The notes beneath the pieces are model-generated. The model did not search any database. It was not told where the DNA came from and saw only the letters and a program-made list of their open reading frames with translations. A DNA stretch of 64,000 bases from assembly GCA_034520945.1 (NCBI GenBank), contig JAXHNB010000010.1, positions 192,001 through 256,000 on the forward strand, given 5' to 3'. The position numbers and the translations under genes are program-made. This DNA is from Trueperaceae bacterium (GTDB taxonomy: Bacteria; Deinococcota; Deinococci; Deinococcales; Trueperaceae). Every line of letters begins with the position of its first letter. The stretch's first letter is position 1. This document shows, one piece after another, positions 47,792-56,203 of the stretch.

Positions 47792-48645
47792 GGTTCCTCC
47801 TTCCCTGGTTCGGCAGCGTCCGCGCCGGTTCCGCCTTCGCAGGTCGGACCGGCGTGTCGCGCCATCATGGCGCGCCATGCCGGCAGCCAGTCCAGGCCGC
47901 CCTCGGTCTCGGCCGTGGGCAGGTACTCGAAGCCGATCGCGCCGTCGTAGCCGGTGCGGGCCAGGGCGCCCAGCAGCGCCTCGAAGTCGATGGTGCCGGT
48001 GCCGGGCTCGTGCCGGCCGGGGTGGTCGGCGACGTGCACGTGGCCCAGCCGCCACGAGGCGCGGGCGATCGCGGCGGGCGCGTCCTCTGCGTTGGCGGAG
48101 GCGTGGTGGGTGTCCAGCAGCACGTGCGGCGCCTTCGGCAGCTGGGGAAGCAGCTCGTCCAATCGTGTCAGGCGGTCCAGGAAGTACCCGGGCACGGTGG
48201 CGTGGCTGATCGGTTCGACCAGCACTTCGACGGGGCGATCCCGGCACGCGTGGATGGCGGCGGCGACGTTGGCCAACCAGGTGTCGGCCGCTTGCTGGTG
48301 CGGAACGTCCGCGCCGGGGCAGCCCGCCATGAGGTGCACGTAGGGGCACGCCACCGCCTCGGCGTAGTCCAGCGCGCGGGCCAGGGCGTCGCGGACCTCC
48401 CGCTCGCGGCCGGGCAGGGAGGCCAGGCCCTTCTCGCCCTCGGGGCCGCGGCCGGTGGTGACCTGAGCAAGGAACAGCCCCGCCTCCCGCAGCAGCGTGG
48501 CCATGCGCGAGGCCGGCACCTCGAACGGCGCGGGATGCTCCACCGCGTCGAAGCCGGCCGCGGCGGCGGCCGCCAGGCGTCGTTCCAGCGGCACCTCGGT
48601 GAACAGGTAGCCGAGGTGGGCCGAGAGGGGCCAGGGGGCGCTCAC
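47788..48645 (-). CDS. Hydroxypyruvate isomerase family (Hyi/OtnI-like)
   Basis: SAHLGYLFTEVP, AGFDAVE, VEPI...PGYFL, DTHH, ADHPGRHEPGTG, GFEY. Confidence 0.9.
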   Translation of the reverse strand: MSAPWPLSAHLGYLFTEVPLERRLAAAAAAGFDAVEHPAPFEVPASRMATLLREAGLFLAQVTTGRGPEGEKGLASLPGREREVRDALARALDYAEAVACPYVHLMAGCPGADVPHQQAADTWLANVAAAIHACRDRPVEVLVEPISHATVPGYFLDRLTRLDELLPQLPKAPHVLLDTHHASANAEDAPAAIARASWRLGHVHVADHPGRHEPGTGTIDFEALLGALARTGYDGAIGFEYLPTAETEGGLDWLPAWRAMMARHAGPTCEGGTGADAAEPGKEEP

Positions 48646-49715
48646 GTCGTTCCCTCCGCGGGCGCCTCGGGGAACGAAAGGTCGAGCTCGTCCGCGACCC
48701 GGCGCAGGTCAATGATCACGTCGGGCGTGATGGGGATGCCGTGCTCGCGGCGGTGGGCCTCGCAGCGCCGCTCCGGCTCGCCCGGCAGCAGCACCTCGTC
48801 GAACCCGTCCGCGCGGGGCAGATTTTTGATGCGGGCGTAGAAGTCGTCCATGCGCGCCGCGAAGTCATCCAGCGACATGAACAGGTCGGGCCGGATCGCG
48901 AAGAACAGGTGCCCCACGTCCTGCGGCCCGCTGTGGTCCAGGTAGGGGTTCTTGACGTCGCCCCCGTAGGCGGAGCCGGTGAGGACGCCCGAGAGCAGGT
49001 CCATCAGCGTGGCCAGCACCGAGCCCTTCACGCCGCCGAACGGGAGGCACACGCCCTCGAACGCTTCGGCCGCGTCCGTGGTGGGGCGGCCCTGCCGGTC
49101 CAGGGCCAGGCCTTCGGGGATGGCCTCGCCGCGCTGGGCGGCCAGGCGGATCTTGCCGCGCGCGATCACCGTCATCGCCATGTCCATCACGAACGGTGGG
49201 CTCTCGCCGCCAGGCACGCCCGCGGCGATCGGGCTGGCGCCGAGGAAGGTGGTGCGGCCGCCGTACATCGGGATCGCCGGCGACGAGTTGGTGAAGATCA
49301 TGGACACGAACCCCCGCTCGATCGCCTGCAGCGCGTACAGGGCCGCCATGCCGAAGTGGCCCGAGCGCCGCACCCCGACCAGGCCGATGCCCGCATCCTG
49401 CGCCAGCTCCATCGCTTCGTCCATGGCCATGTGCGCGGGGATGAACCCCATGGCGTCGTCGCCGTCCACGGAGGCCACGGCGGTCGTCTGGCGCGTCACC
49501 CGGACGTGCGGCGTGGGGTTCACCAGGCCGCGCCGGAGACGCTCCAGGTACATGGGGATCCGCATCACGCCGTGCGAGTCGACGCCGCGCAGGTTGGCGC
49601 GCACCAGGTCGCGGCCGATCGTGTCGGCGTGCTCGGGCGGCAAGCCCGCCGCCGCGAACGCCCGGCTGGTGAACTGCGTCAGGTCGTCGGCGCGGAACGT
49701 ACGCGTGTCGGCCAT
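48642..49715 (-). CDS. Ldh_2 family oxidoreductase (type 2 malate/L-lactate dehydrogenase; ComC/AllD/DpkA-like)
   Basis: ANLRGVDSHG, DGDDAMG, SGHFG, DMAMT, PFGGVKG, LPGEPE. Confidence 0.92.
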   Translation of the reverse strand: MADTRTFRADDLTQFTSRAFAAAGLPPEHADTIGRDLVRANLRGVDSHGVMRIPMYLERLRRGLVNPTPHVRVTRQTTAVASVDGDDAMGFIPAHMAMDEAMELAQDAGIGLVGVRRSGHFGMAALYALQAIERGFVSMIFTNSSPAIPMYGGRTTFLGASPIAAGVPGGESPPFVMDMAMTVIARGKIRLAAQRGEAIPEGLALDRQGRPTTDAAEAFEGVCLPFGGVKGSVLATLMDLLSGVLTGSAYGGDVKNPYLDHSGPQDVGHLFFAIRPDLFMSLDDFAARMDDFYARIKNLPRADGFDEVLLPGEPERRCEAHRREHGIPITPDVIIDLRRVADELDLSFPEAPAEGTT

Positions 49716-50006
49716 GGGGCCTCCCGTCGTGCGGGGTCATCTTCGCACGGGCTGGACGCGCGAGCTCAACAAGGAGGTGCATGTCGCGGGTGATCCGCAG
49801 GCGATCCTCACCTGGATGCATGTTGCCTCGGATTCGGTACGAGCTCCGTCGATGAGGTTCCTCGTCGCCTCCGTGTGGGCATGGATCATAGGTCACCGTA
49901 CGTGCCCGTCCTGTGCTTCGGATACTACGGGCACCGTGAACCCACCCGTTCTCATTTCTGCTAACATCATGGCGTGGCGATCGGCGGGTCGCCATGGGCA
50001 CGCGAC

Positions 50007-50231
50007 GTGAAGACGTTCAAGGTCCGCGTCGTGTTGAAGCTGCTCGCGCAACACGGTTGGTATCAGGTGCGATCGGCGCCACATCGGCAGCTGAAGCATC
50101 CCACGAAGCCTGGCACCGTCACGGTCGCGGGAAACGAGGGAGACGATGTACCAGCCGGAACGCTGCGAAGCATCTTCCGCCAAGCTGGACTGCCATGGCC
50201 GCCACGGACCTCCAATGGATCCCCACGATGA
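50007..50231 (+). CDS. hicA: HicA-family toxin
   Basis: KVRVVLKLLAQHGWYQVR..PHRQLKHPTKPGTVTVAG...DVPAGTLRSIFRQAGL; start uncertain. Confidence 0.82.
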   Translation: MKTFKVRVVLKLLAQHGWYQVRSAPHRQLKHPTKPGTVTVAGNEGDDVPAGTLRSIFRQAGLPWPPRTSNGSPR

Positions 50232-50274
50232 GGGATGTTCGCACCTCAGGGGCCCGAGAGGAGCAGGATCCGCA

Positions 50275-50799
50275 ATGGTACGACGCACCCCTTCGCCACT
50301 GACCTATCCCTTCGCTATCACGCCGACAGGCACAGGCTTTGCGGGCGCGGGGCTTCAGTTCCCCGCACTCGCGACGGCCAAGACGCGCGACCAGCTTCTA
50401 CGGCACATGCAGCAGCAGACTGCGGCGTACCTCGTCGAGTGCCAGCTGGACGAGCAGTCCCCCCAGCCTCCCCTGTCGCGCGACGAGGTGGACCTAGGCG
50501 ACTACCACGAGGAGGGCGAGGATCCCGAGGTCGTCTTCGTGCCGCCAGCGCCTGTCAGTGGGGTGAGCGTGGCCATCGAGCGGGCGTTGCGCGAGGAAGG
50601 CGTCACCTACGCCGCGCTGGCCAGGCGCATGGGCGTACCGCGCAGCGTCGTGACCCGCATCACGAACCCGTTCTACTTCGCTCACGCCACCAGGACGCTG
50701 CGCGCCGTCGCGCGCGCGCTCGGTCGCGAGATGCGCGTCACGTTCGAGCGTCCGCAGGCATCTCCAGAACGCCCCGAGAGCGTGCGCGGAAGCGCCTGA
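50275..50799 (+). CDS. hicB: HicB-like antitoxin with C-terminal HTH
   Basis: ATG after GAGGAG; YP...FP...T N-domain, then GVTYAALARRMGVPRSVVTRI HTH; follows hicA. Confidence 0.75.
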   Translation: MVRRTPSPLTYPFAITPTGTGFAGAGLQFPALATAKTRDQLLRHMQQQTAAYLVECQLDEQSPQPPLSRDEVDLGDYHEEGEDPEVVFVPPAPVSGVSVAIERALREEGVTYAALARRMGVPRSVVTRITNPFYFAHATRTLRAVARALGREMRVTFERPQASPERPESVRGSA

Positions 50800-50928
50800 A
50801 TCGCGGCTCCAGAACTGTGAAGCTCGAGAATCCACGAACGATGGCGCCGATGCCCACGGACGTGATTCCACGGCGCTTCCGTGCCGAGACCGCCAAATCG
50901 GGGCCCCGGCACGTCGGCGCCGATCAAG

Positions 50929-51366
50929 TCATTCCAGCTGGTACGGGACGGACGCGAAGTGTCGGTGGACCTTCCACGCGTCCCCGTCCATCATGTCGAC
51001 GGCGGCCCACTTGCCGGCCAGAACCTGCTGCCCCTCGCCGTCGAGGAACGCCCACGTACCCGATCCGTACACGATTTCGTCCGCCAGAACCTCGGAGGCC
51101 TCGGACACGATTTCGATGGTGAGGCCCGCGTCGATCTGCGCCTGCGCCCACGCTTGGACGGCGTCCGGGCCTCGGGCCACCTCGCCTGAGGCGAGATGCA
51201 GGACCCCGTCCGCCGTGTAGAGCGCTGCTACGCCTGCCGCGTCGCCGGCATTGAACGCCTCCTGCCACTGAACCGCCAGCTCATTGGCCACGTCCTGTGC
51301 ACTCGCGAACGAGAGGGCCCACCATGCCGCCACTGCCACCACTGACCACGCGCATCTTCGTACCAT
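50929..51366 (-). CDS. Secreted NTF2-like (SnoaL/DUF4440) protein
   Basis: ATG after GGAGG; signal peptide; WQEAFNAGDAAGVAALYTADG, GKW...WKV. Confidence 0.8.
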   Translation of the reverse strand: MVRRCAWSVVAVAAWWALSFASAQDVANELAVQWQEAFNAGDAAGVAALYTADGVLHLASGEVARGPDAVQAWAQAQIDAGLTIEIVSEASEVLADEIVYGSGTWAFLDGEGQQVLAGKWAAVDMMDGDAWKVHRHFASVPYQLE

Positions 51367-51399
51367 GAGTCCGCCACCTCCAATGAGAATCTCGGCCAA

Positions 51400-51411
51400 C
51401 GAAACGTTTCG
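51400..51411. promoter_or_regulatory. Palindrome CGAAACGTTTCG (LacI-type operator core)
   Basis: Perfect 12-bp palindrome in the divergent DUF4440/nitrilase gap. Confidence 0.45.
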
Positions 51412-51576
51412 ACACGCAATGCACGACGAAGCATGAAGCTGCACCGAGTTGCATGACCATACGACTCTTCGTTCGGTGGCGCAAGTGCAGGTGCCACACA
51501 ACGCACGCCGAGACTGATCGCATGGGATCGGCGTTCACCCCACGGGGCACGCCTGCTCGCGAGGGTATGCTGCCGC

Positions 51577-52395
51577 ATGCCGCCCACCACGATCGCGCTG
51601 GTTCAACTCGATCCCGGCGGGGACAAGCCCGCCAACGTCGAGGACGCCTTCGCCCGCGTCGAGCAGGCCGCCGAGCGGGGCGCCGAGGCGATCTTCCTGC
51701 CCGAGAGCTTCCACGTCCGCGGCCCCAGCGAGCTCCGCTTCGAGACCGCCGAACCGGTGCCGGGCCCGCTGAGCGAGCGGTTTTCGGCCACGGCGGCGCG
51801 GCTGGGCGTGACGCTGGTGGCGGGGTCGTACAACGAGCGCCTCGAGCGGCCCGATCGGCTGCACAACACCTGCCAGGTGTTCGGGCCAGACGGCGCGACC
51901 CTGGCTGAATACCGGAAGATCCACCTGTTCGACGTGGAGATCGAGGGGCACGTCGTGTCCAAGGAGTCGTCCCGGAACCTGCCGGGCGACCGCGCGGTCG
52001 CCGTCGACACGCCGTTCGGGCGGCTCGGCGTCACCATCTGCTACGACCTACGTTTCCCGGAGCTGTACCGCACGCTGGCGCTGATGGGCGCCGAGGTCCT
52101 TACGGTGCCGTCGAACTTCGCGCGCCACACGGGCAAGGACCACTGGGAGCCGCTGCTGCGCGCACGGGCCATCGAGAACGGCGCCTACGTCGTGGCGCCC
52201 GCCACCTGCGGCGATCGCGGGGGGTTCGCCGCCTACGGACGCAGCATGGTGGTCGATCCCTGGGGTACCGTCATCGCCTGCGCGCCGGACGAGCCCGGGG
52301 TGACCCTGGCCGACATCGATCTGGATCGCGTCCACGCGGTGCGCCAGCGCGTGCCCAGCCTCGCCAACCGCCGTCCCGAGACCTACCGTCTCTAG
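51577..52395 (+). CDS. Carbon-nitrogen hydrolase, Nit1/deaminated-glutathione amidase-like
   Basis: Catalytic triad E (LPES), K (YRKIHLFD), C (ICYDLRFPEL); TGKDHWEPLLRARAIEN. TATGCT 5 nt before the ATG suggests a leaderless transcript. Confidence 0.9.
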   Translation: MPPTTIALVQLDPGGDKPANVEDAFARVEQAAERGAEAIFLPESFHVRGPSELRFETAEPVPGPLSERFSATAARLGVTLVAGSYNERLERPDRLHNTCQVFGPDGATLAEYRKIHLFDVEIEGHVVSKESSRNLPGDRAVAVDTPFGRLGVTICYDLRFPELYRTLALMGAEVLTVPSNFARHTGKDHWEPLLRARAIENGAYVVAPATCGDRGGFAAYGRSMVVDPWGTVIACAPDEPGVTLADIDLDRVHAVRQRVPSLANRRPETYRL

Positions 52396-52461
52396 CCGAC
52401 CGCCGCTCCAGCCCGATCGCGACCGCCGCGACCGGCACAGTGCTACCTTTTCGGAGGTCCC

Positions 52462-53997
52462 ATGAACGCACCCATCCGCACCATCCTCGCCACACTGCTG
52501 GCCAGCCTCGTGCTGGCGCCGACCGTCCTGGCGCAAGACGACGAGGCCGTCTACGTCGCGCAGCAACTGTCCCACAGCAGCCTGAATCCCGCCGAAGCGA
52601 CCGGCCTGTCCGACGCGTCGGTGATCCGAACCATGTTCGAAGGGCTGGTCGGGTTCGACCAGGACTTCGAGTTGGTACCCGAGTTGGCCACCGACTGGAC
52701 CGTCGCCGAGGATGCCACGTCGATCAGCTTCCAGCTGCGCGAGGGCGTCACCTTCCACGACGGCACCCCCTTCGACGCCGACGCGGTGGCGGACTACTAC
52801 GGGTGGGTGCTGGATACCGACAACCCAGAGCCCGCACGCGGACGCAGCCTGCTGTCGGACGTCGAATCGATCGAGGTGCTCGGCCCGTACGAGATCCGGT
52901 TGGACCTGGCGCAACCCAACGGCGCGATGATCTTCAACCTCGCGCTGTCCAACGCCCGCATCGCCAGTCCCACCTCGGTCACCGCCGAGGACGCCGACGT
53001 GACGCGTGAACCGGTCGGCACCGGCCCCTACCGCTTCGCGGAGTGGCTGGACGGCCAGAAGGTCGTCGTCGAGGCGTACCCGGACTACTGGGGCACGCCG
53101 GCGCAGGCCGATGAGATCCACTTCCTGGAGACGACGAACGCGTCGACCCGCGTCGCGCAGCTGCGGAGCGGCGAAGCACACTTCATCGAGGCCGTGCCGC
53201 AGCCTTTGGTCGAGCAGGTCGACGACGTGGACGATCTGTCCGTGGTCGTGTCGGGCAGCACCTTCGCGCGTGTCTTCGAGCTGAACACGCAGGCGGCGCC
53301 CTTCGATGACGAGCGTGTGCGGCGGGCAATGAACTACGCCATCGACAAGGACGTGATCGTGAACGTCGCGTACGGCGGCAACGCCACGGTGATGAACGCC
53401 CCGATTCCGCGCTCGGTCTTCGGTCACGCCGCGCAAGGCCCGTACCCTCACGACCCGGAGCGCGCACGCGCGCTGCTGGCGGAGGCCGGCTACGAGGACG
53501 GCTTCTCGTTCGACGTGCTGACCTTCACGGGCGAGCCGTACGGCACGATCGGCCAGGTCATGCAACAGATGTTCGCGGACGTGGGCCTGACCATGAACCT
53601 GATGCCGACCGAACGTGGCGCGCTGGTCGACGCGATCTTCCAGCCGCTCGAGAGCACCGAGCTGGAGGCGAGCCTGGTGGGGGCGTCCACGCCGACCGGG
53701 GACGCAGACCGCGCACTGACCGTGTCGTTCTACAGCGAGTCCTGGCCGCCCGACTCCAACAACTGGAGTTTCTACGCCAACGACCGCGTGGACGAACTGA
53801 TCGAGACGGGACGTGCGACGGGCGATCTGGACGAGCGCGCCGCGATCTACGCCGAAGCGCAGGAGATCATCTGGAACGACGCCCCCTGGGTGTTCCTGGT
53901 CAGCCCGGACAACGTCGCGGGGCAGGCCGACGAGCTGAGCGGCGTGTTCTACATGCCCGACCGTTCGATCGACGCACGTGGTGCCTCGCTCGACTGA
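52462..53997 (+). CDS. Peptide/glutathione ABC substrate-binding protein (family 5, GsiB-like)
   Basis: PELATDW, LREGVTFHDGTPF, PVGTGPY, VRRAMNYAID, NWSFY. Confidence 0.92.
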   Translation: MNAPIRTILATLLASLVLAPTVLAQDDEAVYVAQQLSHSSLNPAEATGLSDASVIRTMFEGLVGFDQDFELVPELATDWTVAEDATSISFQLREGVTFHDGTPFDADAVADYYGWVLDTDNPEPARGRSLLSDVESIEVLGPYEIRLDLAQPNGAMIFNLALSNARIASPTSVTAEDADVTREPVGTGPYRFAEWLDGQKVVVEAYPDYWGTPAQADEIHFLETTNASTRVAQLRSGEAHFIEAVPQPLVEQVDDVDDLSVVVSGSTFARVFELNTQAAPFDDERVRRAMNYAIDKDVIVNVAYGGNATVMNAPIPRSVFGHAAQGPYPHDPERARALLAEAGYEDGFSFDVLTFTGEPYGTIGQVMQQMFADVGLTMNLMPTERGALVDAIFQPLESTELEASLVGASTPTGDADRALTVSFYSESWPPDSNNWSFYANDRVDELIETGRATGDLDERAAIYAEAQEIIWNDAPWVFLVSPDNVAGQADELSGVFYMPDRSIDARGASLD

Positions 53998-54016
53998 CCC
54001 GACGCACCTGACGTCG

Positions 54017-54041
54017 AGGACAGGGGCCCCGCCCCTGTCCT
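54017..54041. other. Intercistronic hairpin AGGACAGGGGC-CCC-GCCCCTGTCCT
   Basis: Perfect 11-bp stem between the binding-protein and permease genes. Confidence 0.55.
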
Positions 54042-54051
54042 GCTTCATGGC

Positions 54052-54972
54052 ATGATTCCGTTCCTCGGCATTCGCGCCCTGCAGATGGTGCCGACCGTGC
54101 TGGGCGTCATGATCGCGGTGTTCTTCTTCGTGCGGGCCCTGCCCGGCGATCCCGCGCGCCTGTACGCCGGCCAGGAAGCGACCCTCGACGAAGTCGAGGA
54201 GGTGCGCGCACGATTCGGTCTGGATCAGCCCCTCCCGGCGCAGTTCGCGCGTTTCGTGACGCAGACGGCCTCGGGCGATTTGGGCGTCTCCTTCCGGGCC
54301 AACCAGCCGGCCGGCACCGTGATCCTTCGGCACGCGGCCCCCACGATCTGGTTGGCGCTTCTCGCCATCGCCCTGGCGATCGCCGCGGGCCTAGCGCTCG
54401 GCATTGCCGCCGCCCTGAAGCGCGGCAGCCTGGCCGACCTCGCCATCACGGTGGTGTCGATCCTCGGCATCAGCACGCCGTCGTTCTTCCTGGGTATCCT
54501 GTTGATCTGGGCGTTCGCGGTGCAACTGAACCTGTTCCCCGTCACCGGGGGCACCACGGCCGCCGGCATGGTGTTGCCGGCCCTCACGCTGGCCGCCAAC
54601 TCGACCGGCACGATCGCCCGCTTCGCGCGCTCCAGCTTTTTGGAGGTCTTGGGCGAGGACTTCGTGCGAACCGCCCGCGCGAAGGGCCTTGCGCCCGCCG
54701 TGGTGCGCGGCAAGCATGTCCTGCGCAACGCGCTGATGCCGGTCGTCACCATCGTCGGGCTTCAGTTCGGCTTCCTGCTGTCCGGCGCGATCATCGTCGA
54801 GACGGTGTTCAGCTTTCCCGGCCTCGGCTGGCTGCTGATCCAATCCATCAGCGCCCGCGACTACCCGGTGATCCAGGCGCTGCTATTGGTGTTCTCGCTG
54901 CAGTTCCTGATCATCAACCTGGTGGTGGACGCGACGTATGCAGCCATCGATCCGCGGGTGCGCCATGAGTAG
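54052..54972 (+). CDS. Peptide ABC permease (DppB/GsiC-like)
   Basis: PGDPA, GDLGVSF, FVRTARAKGL, ETVFSFPGLG, RDYPVIQ. Confidence 0.93.
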   Translation: MIPFLGIRALQMVPTVLGVMIAVFFFVRALPGDPARLYAGQEATLDEVEEVRARFGLDQPLPAQFARFVTQTASGDLGVSFRANQPAGTVILRHAAPTIWLALLAIALAIAAGLALGIAAALKRGSLADLAITVVSILGISTPSFFLGILLIWAFAVQLNLFPVTGGTTAAGMVLPALTLAANSTGTIARFARSSFLEVLGEDFVRTARAKGLAPAVVRGKHVLRNALMPVVTIVGLQFGFLLSGAIIVETVFSFPGLGWLLIQSISARDYPVIQALLLVFSLQFLIINLVVDATYAAIDPRVRHE

Positions 54973-55834
54973 CACAGCCGCCCCGTCGGCGCGCCGCACG
55001 CCCGGGCGCCGCTCGACGCTGCGACGGTTGATGCAGCACCGCAGCGGCGCGGTCGGCCTGATCCTCACCGCGGCCTTCGTCGCGCTGGCGATCATGGGCC
55101 CCTGGCTGACGCCGTACGACCCCGCCCGCCAGGACTACGCGGCCATTCAGCAGGGGGTCTCCTCCGCCCACTGGTTGGGGACCGACAACTTCGGGCGCGA
55201 CATCCTGAGCCGCATTCTGGCGGGCGCCCGCTACTCGATCGGGATCGGCCTCTCGGCCACCATCCTGGGCGCCCTGGTCGGCGGCGCGTGGGGCTTGTGG
55301 ACCGGCTACGCCGGCGGCTGGATCGACGCGTTGTCGATGCGGCTGGTCGACGTGCTGCTGGCGTTCCCCGGCATCCTGTTGGCCATCGCGCTGATCACGT
55401 TGACGGGGCCGGGCGTCGGGCCGGTCGTGTTCGCCTCCAGCGTGTTCGGCGTGCCCATCTTCGCGCGCGTCGTGCGCGGGTCCGTACTGTCGGTGAAGGA
55501 GCGCGCCTTCGTGGAGGCGGCGTACGGTCTGGGCGCGCCGGGCCGTCGGATCGTGCTGCGGCACCTGGTGCCGTCCATCGTGGCGCCGATCCTGGTGTAC
55601 GCCTCGCTCCGCAGCGGCGTCACGCTGTTGGTCGCGTCGGGCCTGTCGTTCCTCGGCCTCGGCGTGCAACCGCCCACGCCCGAGTGGGGCGCCATGCTGA
55701 GCGACGCGCAGTTGTACCTGTCGGTGCACGGCATCATGGCGTTCGCGCCGGGCATCACCATCACCGTCGCGGTGTTGGCGTTCAACCTGTTGGGGGACGG
55801 CCTCCGCGACGTGCTGGATCCGACGGTGCGTTGA
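54965..55834 (+). CDS. Peptide ABC permease (DppC/GsiD-like)
   Basis: HWLGTDNFGRDILSR, FVEAA, LSFLGLGVQPPTPEWG, GDGLRDVLDP. Confidence 0.93.
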   Translation: MSSTAAPSARRTPGRRSTLRRLMQHRSGAVGLILTAAFVALAIMGPWLTPYDPARQDYAAIQQGVSSAHWLGTDNFGRDILSRILAGARYSIGIGLSATILGALVGGAWGLWTGYAGGWIDALSMRLVDVLLAFPGILLAIALITLTGPGVGPVVFASSVFGVPIFARVVRGSVLSVKERAFVEAAYGLGAPGRRIVLRHLVPSIVAPILVYASLRSGVTLLVASGLSFLGLGVQPPTPEWGAMLSDAQLYLSVHGIMAFAPGITITVAVLAFNLLGDGLRDVLDPTVR

Positions 55835-55903
55835 GGGCCGCGCCGCGCCGGGACATCGGTCATGCTGCCGGCGTGCTAGTGTCGCCGCGATCGGAGGTAC
55901 GTC

Positions 55904-56116
55904 ATGCGCTTTGGACCGCTGGGCGGTTGGGAGCTCCTCATCATCCTGGTCGTCGTGCTGCTGATCTTCGGCTCGAGCCGCCTGCCCAAGATCGCTCGCG
56001 GCCTCGGCGAATCGGCTCGCGAGCTCAGGAAGGGCTTCAAGGACCTGAAGGACGACATCGAGAGCGACAAGGCGGACGACGGCCCGTCGAAGAAGACGGA
56101 GCAGAAGTCTAGCTGA
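55904..56116 (+). CDS. tatA: Twin-arginine translocase TatA
   Basis: GGWELLIILVVVLLIFGSSRLPKIARGLG...RELRKG; GGAGG RBS. Confidence 0.93.
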   Translation: MRFGPLGGWELLIILVVVLLIFGSSRLPKIARGLGESARELRKGFKDLKDDIESDKADDGPSKKTEQKSS

Positions 56117-56144
56117 CGCGGGCCCCGATCTCGGGGCCCGCGTC
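56115..56144. terminator. GC-rich inverted repeat after tatA (hairpin terminator-like, between convergent genes)
   Basis: GACGCGGGCCCCGA-TC-TCGGGGCCCGCGTC, 14-bp perfect arms; no U-tract. Confidence 0.6.
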
Positions 56145-56203
56145 GCGCATCGCGCCGGTTCACGAACCCCGGTGAGGGCGGGCGAACCGCCCGGCCGTCT
56201 CGC

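Noticed and set aside
49771..49855. AAGGAGG followed by a 24-codon ORF (MSRVIRRR...)
   Set aside because: RBS-to-ATG spacing is only 3 nt and the peptide has no recognisable features.
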